Assembly: GCA_013115145.1 (NCBI GenBank)
Contig: JAAPAO010000130.1
Location: forward strand, 2,914 to 66,913
Direction: 5' to 3'
DNA length: 64,000 bases
From: Perkinsus chesapeaki ATCC PRA-425
Lineage: Eukaryota; Protista; Perkinsozoa
A model generated the notes under the pieces. That model saw nothing but the letters and a program-made list of their open reading frames with translations, was not told the DNA's origin and ran no database searches. Position 1 is the stretch's first letter, and each line of letters begins with the position of its first letter. The translations under genes were made by a program, and so were the position numbers. Below, piece by piece: positions 61,613-64,000 of this stretch.

Positions 61613-63445
61613 ATGGTCACTGAGAGCGACTATGGGCATGCTGGGGGGATGCATACGAGCTTTGGAGCTGGTAGTAGGGGAGGATCTAATAGCGGAAAGT
61701 TGGCTGTTAGCGAGCAACTCGAGGAACCTGGAATGGCCTTTGGGTGGATTCAGTACAGCGAAATCGACTTTAAGATATTTTTTCGGAAAGTCGGTTCCGG
61801 GTTAATTTTTTGTTGTTGAAATTATGGCCTGAGAATGAGCTCGAAATTAAATCAACCAAACGAAGTTTTGGTGGTGGAGCTTATAATGTGGGAGGCTTAT
61901 CTTCGAGGAAGCAGTGGAATATCTGTTTGCACCCCTCATACTTCCACCATAGCAAATGCACACTGCAACGCGGAGAGCTGTGCAAGCTGTTACTGGAATG
62001 TTTCGAAGTTCCCTTAAAAGTGTCATCTCAAGGCAATAGATTTTAAGAGTGGTCTTGTGTTGGCGGAACAATTGCGATGGTGAGATGGTTAAGTTTAGGT
62101 AAGCTGTGGCATGGTAGGGTTAAGTTGATAGGGTGGCCGTCGCCGTGGTCTAATGAAGAAGGGTCTACCTTTGAAGGGAAACATTTATGGTAGTAGTGCG
62201 GGAGGGAAATTGGTTTGAATATGCCGACCAAAACGTAATTTTCCGGTGGGCTAGTCAAGAACGGGGAAAGCTTTGGGCTAGTTATCAATGGTCTCTTCCA
62301 TTCGCTTTGCATAGGGCAATCTAGAGAAGGTAAATCGGAAGGATTGAGGATTTCTCGAGGACCTCGAAGACGTACTTTTGGTTGGGAACGTGTTTGCAAG
62401 TAGGACAAGGGCGATCATAAGTGAATCTTTAGCCAGGCGAGTCGGGTTTCATTAAGATCCGATGCGGAATGGAATTATACTGGCAACAATGGGGGCTTCC
62501 GATATCGTAAACAAGTGGAAGAAGCTTGGTTTGGGATAGTTGTGGTGGACAGGTATAAGATTCAAGACCATGACCAGGGAACGCAAGCGTGGCGAAAATA
62601 CACGCGGAAACATGAAGCTAGTAATATACCTACCGCCTATACCTCGCTAGGAGATCAGGCTTGCCGAACGCTCTGTATGATATCAGTACAGCAATGAAGA
62701 GCGGAGGAAAGTCTAGTCTGCTGCTACATGGTGCTGTGGATAGGAATGGTAGTAAGAGATGGGGGGGGGGATCTTGGGCGACTTGGGGAGTTGAGAGGAA
62801 GTATTTACACTGTAGGACTTTGTATGTTGGAAAACTGTTTGGCTTTGTAGGACAACTCAATTGAGATGTACTCTTAATATATAACTACTGACGAATGGGA
62901 AAGTGTGGGATTTGGACTCGGCGACAATTTTTCGCTAGTGTTGCACTGTATGCATGCGTACGCTTACATATGTTAGCGGGGGAGGGGAAATTTCGGGGAA
63001 CTTTGGTCGATTCTAACCAGCCTTGTAACCTATTTTCTGATTCTGTGGGGAAGTGTTGAACTCGCTGGTGGTTACTCCTATATTGTTTCCAAACCCTGTA
63101 GGGGCATACGGAGAATAGCCGTGCGGAGATATGTGGACTATTCCCGCATTTGCGCGTTTCCGTCGAGATTTGGGAGGAGAATCGCTTTCGTGGCTCGTTC
63201 TAGAGGTAGCCGTTACCGCGGTTCGGGACGTTATTTTGGTGGCTCTGGAAGTGTTGGGCGACTCGATGCAAGCGGCGCTGTTCCTGTTAGTGAAAGCGTA
63301 CATGTCGGACGTGCATAGGGATTACTGGAAAGGCCTGGGTGAGGCGATTCGAAGGTCGGAGATGGTGGGGGCAGCAGCGGCAGCTGGGATACCATGTCGG
63401 GGGCATGTGCGGGTGGCTGCTGATGCTGCACGGGGCTTCTTGTAG
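61613..63445 (+). CDS. Multi-exon hypothetical gene
   Basis: Exon-like segments MVTESDYGHAGG..., IFSQASRVSLRSDAEWNYTGNNGGFRYRKQVEEAWFGIVVVD|gtata, and a final exon 63119-63445. Confidence 0.35.
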
Positions 63446-63740
63446 CGCTTCATATGAGTTGAGTTATGGTGGGTAGGATAGAGAAATAAAAGGGTGTACT
63501 ACTGATTGCACTCTCCAGTGAAGTGATAGGGGTGTATGTAGAATAGGGAAATAGGAGGTAGAGAGGATACAGGAGGAGTAGCGCAAATCTTTGAACTCCG
63601 CTAAGGGAATTATACAATAGACAGTGAGGGCATTTGGGAATGAAAGCGAGTCAGCGCTGAACGGGTGGGAAGTGTCGGTGTTAGTTTTACCTGTTTTTGA
63701 AATGTACCTCCAAACGAAGAAGAAAGGGAAGAACTCGGCG

Positions 63741-63854
63741 ATGGCAGTGTGCCGGTATGGATCGGCATGTAATAGAAAGGATTGTATATATCGTCATCCA
63801 GAGCCTAAAGTCAATATGAGTAGTATACGAGGGAATGGGCTAATGCTTAGGTAG
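63741..63854 (+). CDS. 5' end of a CCCH zinc-finger gene (Nab2/ZC3H14-type spacing), partial
   Basis: MAVCRYGSACNRKDCIYRHP has C-x5-C-x4-C-x3-H spacing; it is followed by intron-like AT-rich sequence. Confidence 0.7.
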   Translation: MAVCRYGSACNRKDCIYRHPEPKVNMSSIRGNGLMLR

Positions 63855-63887
63855 TAGTGATATAGCAGCTTACTGCTTCTTAGGCGT

Positions 63888-64000
63888 ATTTTATTAGTAA
63901 TACCTTTATTTATTAGTAATACTTTTATTTATTAGTAATACCTTTATTTATTAGTAATACCTTTATTTATTATTAATACCTTTATTTATTAGTAATACCT
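63888..64000. repeat. 19-bp AT-rich minisatellite
   Basis: Unit tattagtaatacctttatt, about six copies, running to the window end. Confidence 0.95.

Noticed and set aside
62043-62408. 121-aa minus-strand ORF considered as a retroelement fragment
   Set aside because: No RT, integrase or endonuclease motif, and no terminal repeats; probably the reverse of G-rich intron/exon sequence.

Overview
Eukaryotic, gene-dense, intron-rich genomic window. It has many short GT-AG introns (often 40-60 nt) and intergenic gaps as small as 64-75 nt. I found no rRNA, tRNA, CRISPR array or intact transposon. There is one assembly gap (32936-33033). The architecture and gene content fit a Perkinsus-like (perkinsozoan alveolate) protist best; this is an inference, not proven. 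The six-frame ORF track misses most genes because they are spliced. Manual splicing gives complete or near-complete models for: a 9-exon bacterial-type phosphonoacetaldehyde hydrolase (PhnX) with a mitochondrial-like presequence (the most interesting item), a peroxisomal ECH1 ending in SKL, a calmodulin/light-chain-like EF-hand protein, a small BAG-like protein, MenA/UBIAD1, an intronless PUF protein with non-canonical repeats 7-8, LENG8/THP3, an AAAP amino acid transporter, an FkbM-family methyltransferase, a GNAT, an RlmL/YpsC-like THUMP protein that seems to lack its catalytic domain, and an MCTP-like C2/PRT_C protein. Also present are several orphan secreted proteins, three long near-perfect hairpins and a few tandem repeats. 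All family calls come from motif recognition by eye; no database search was run.
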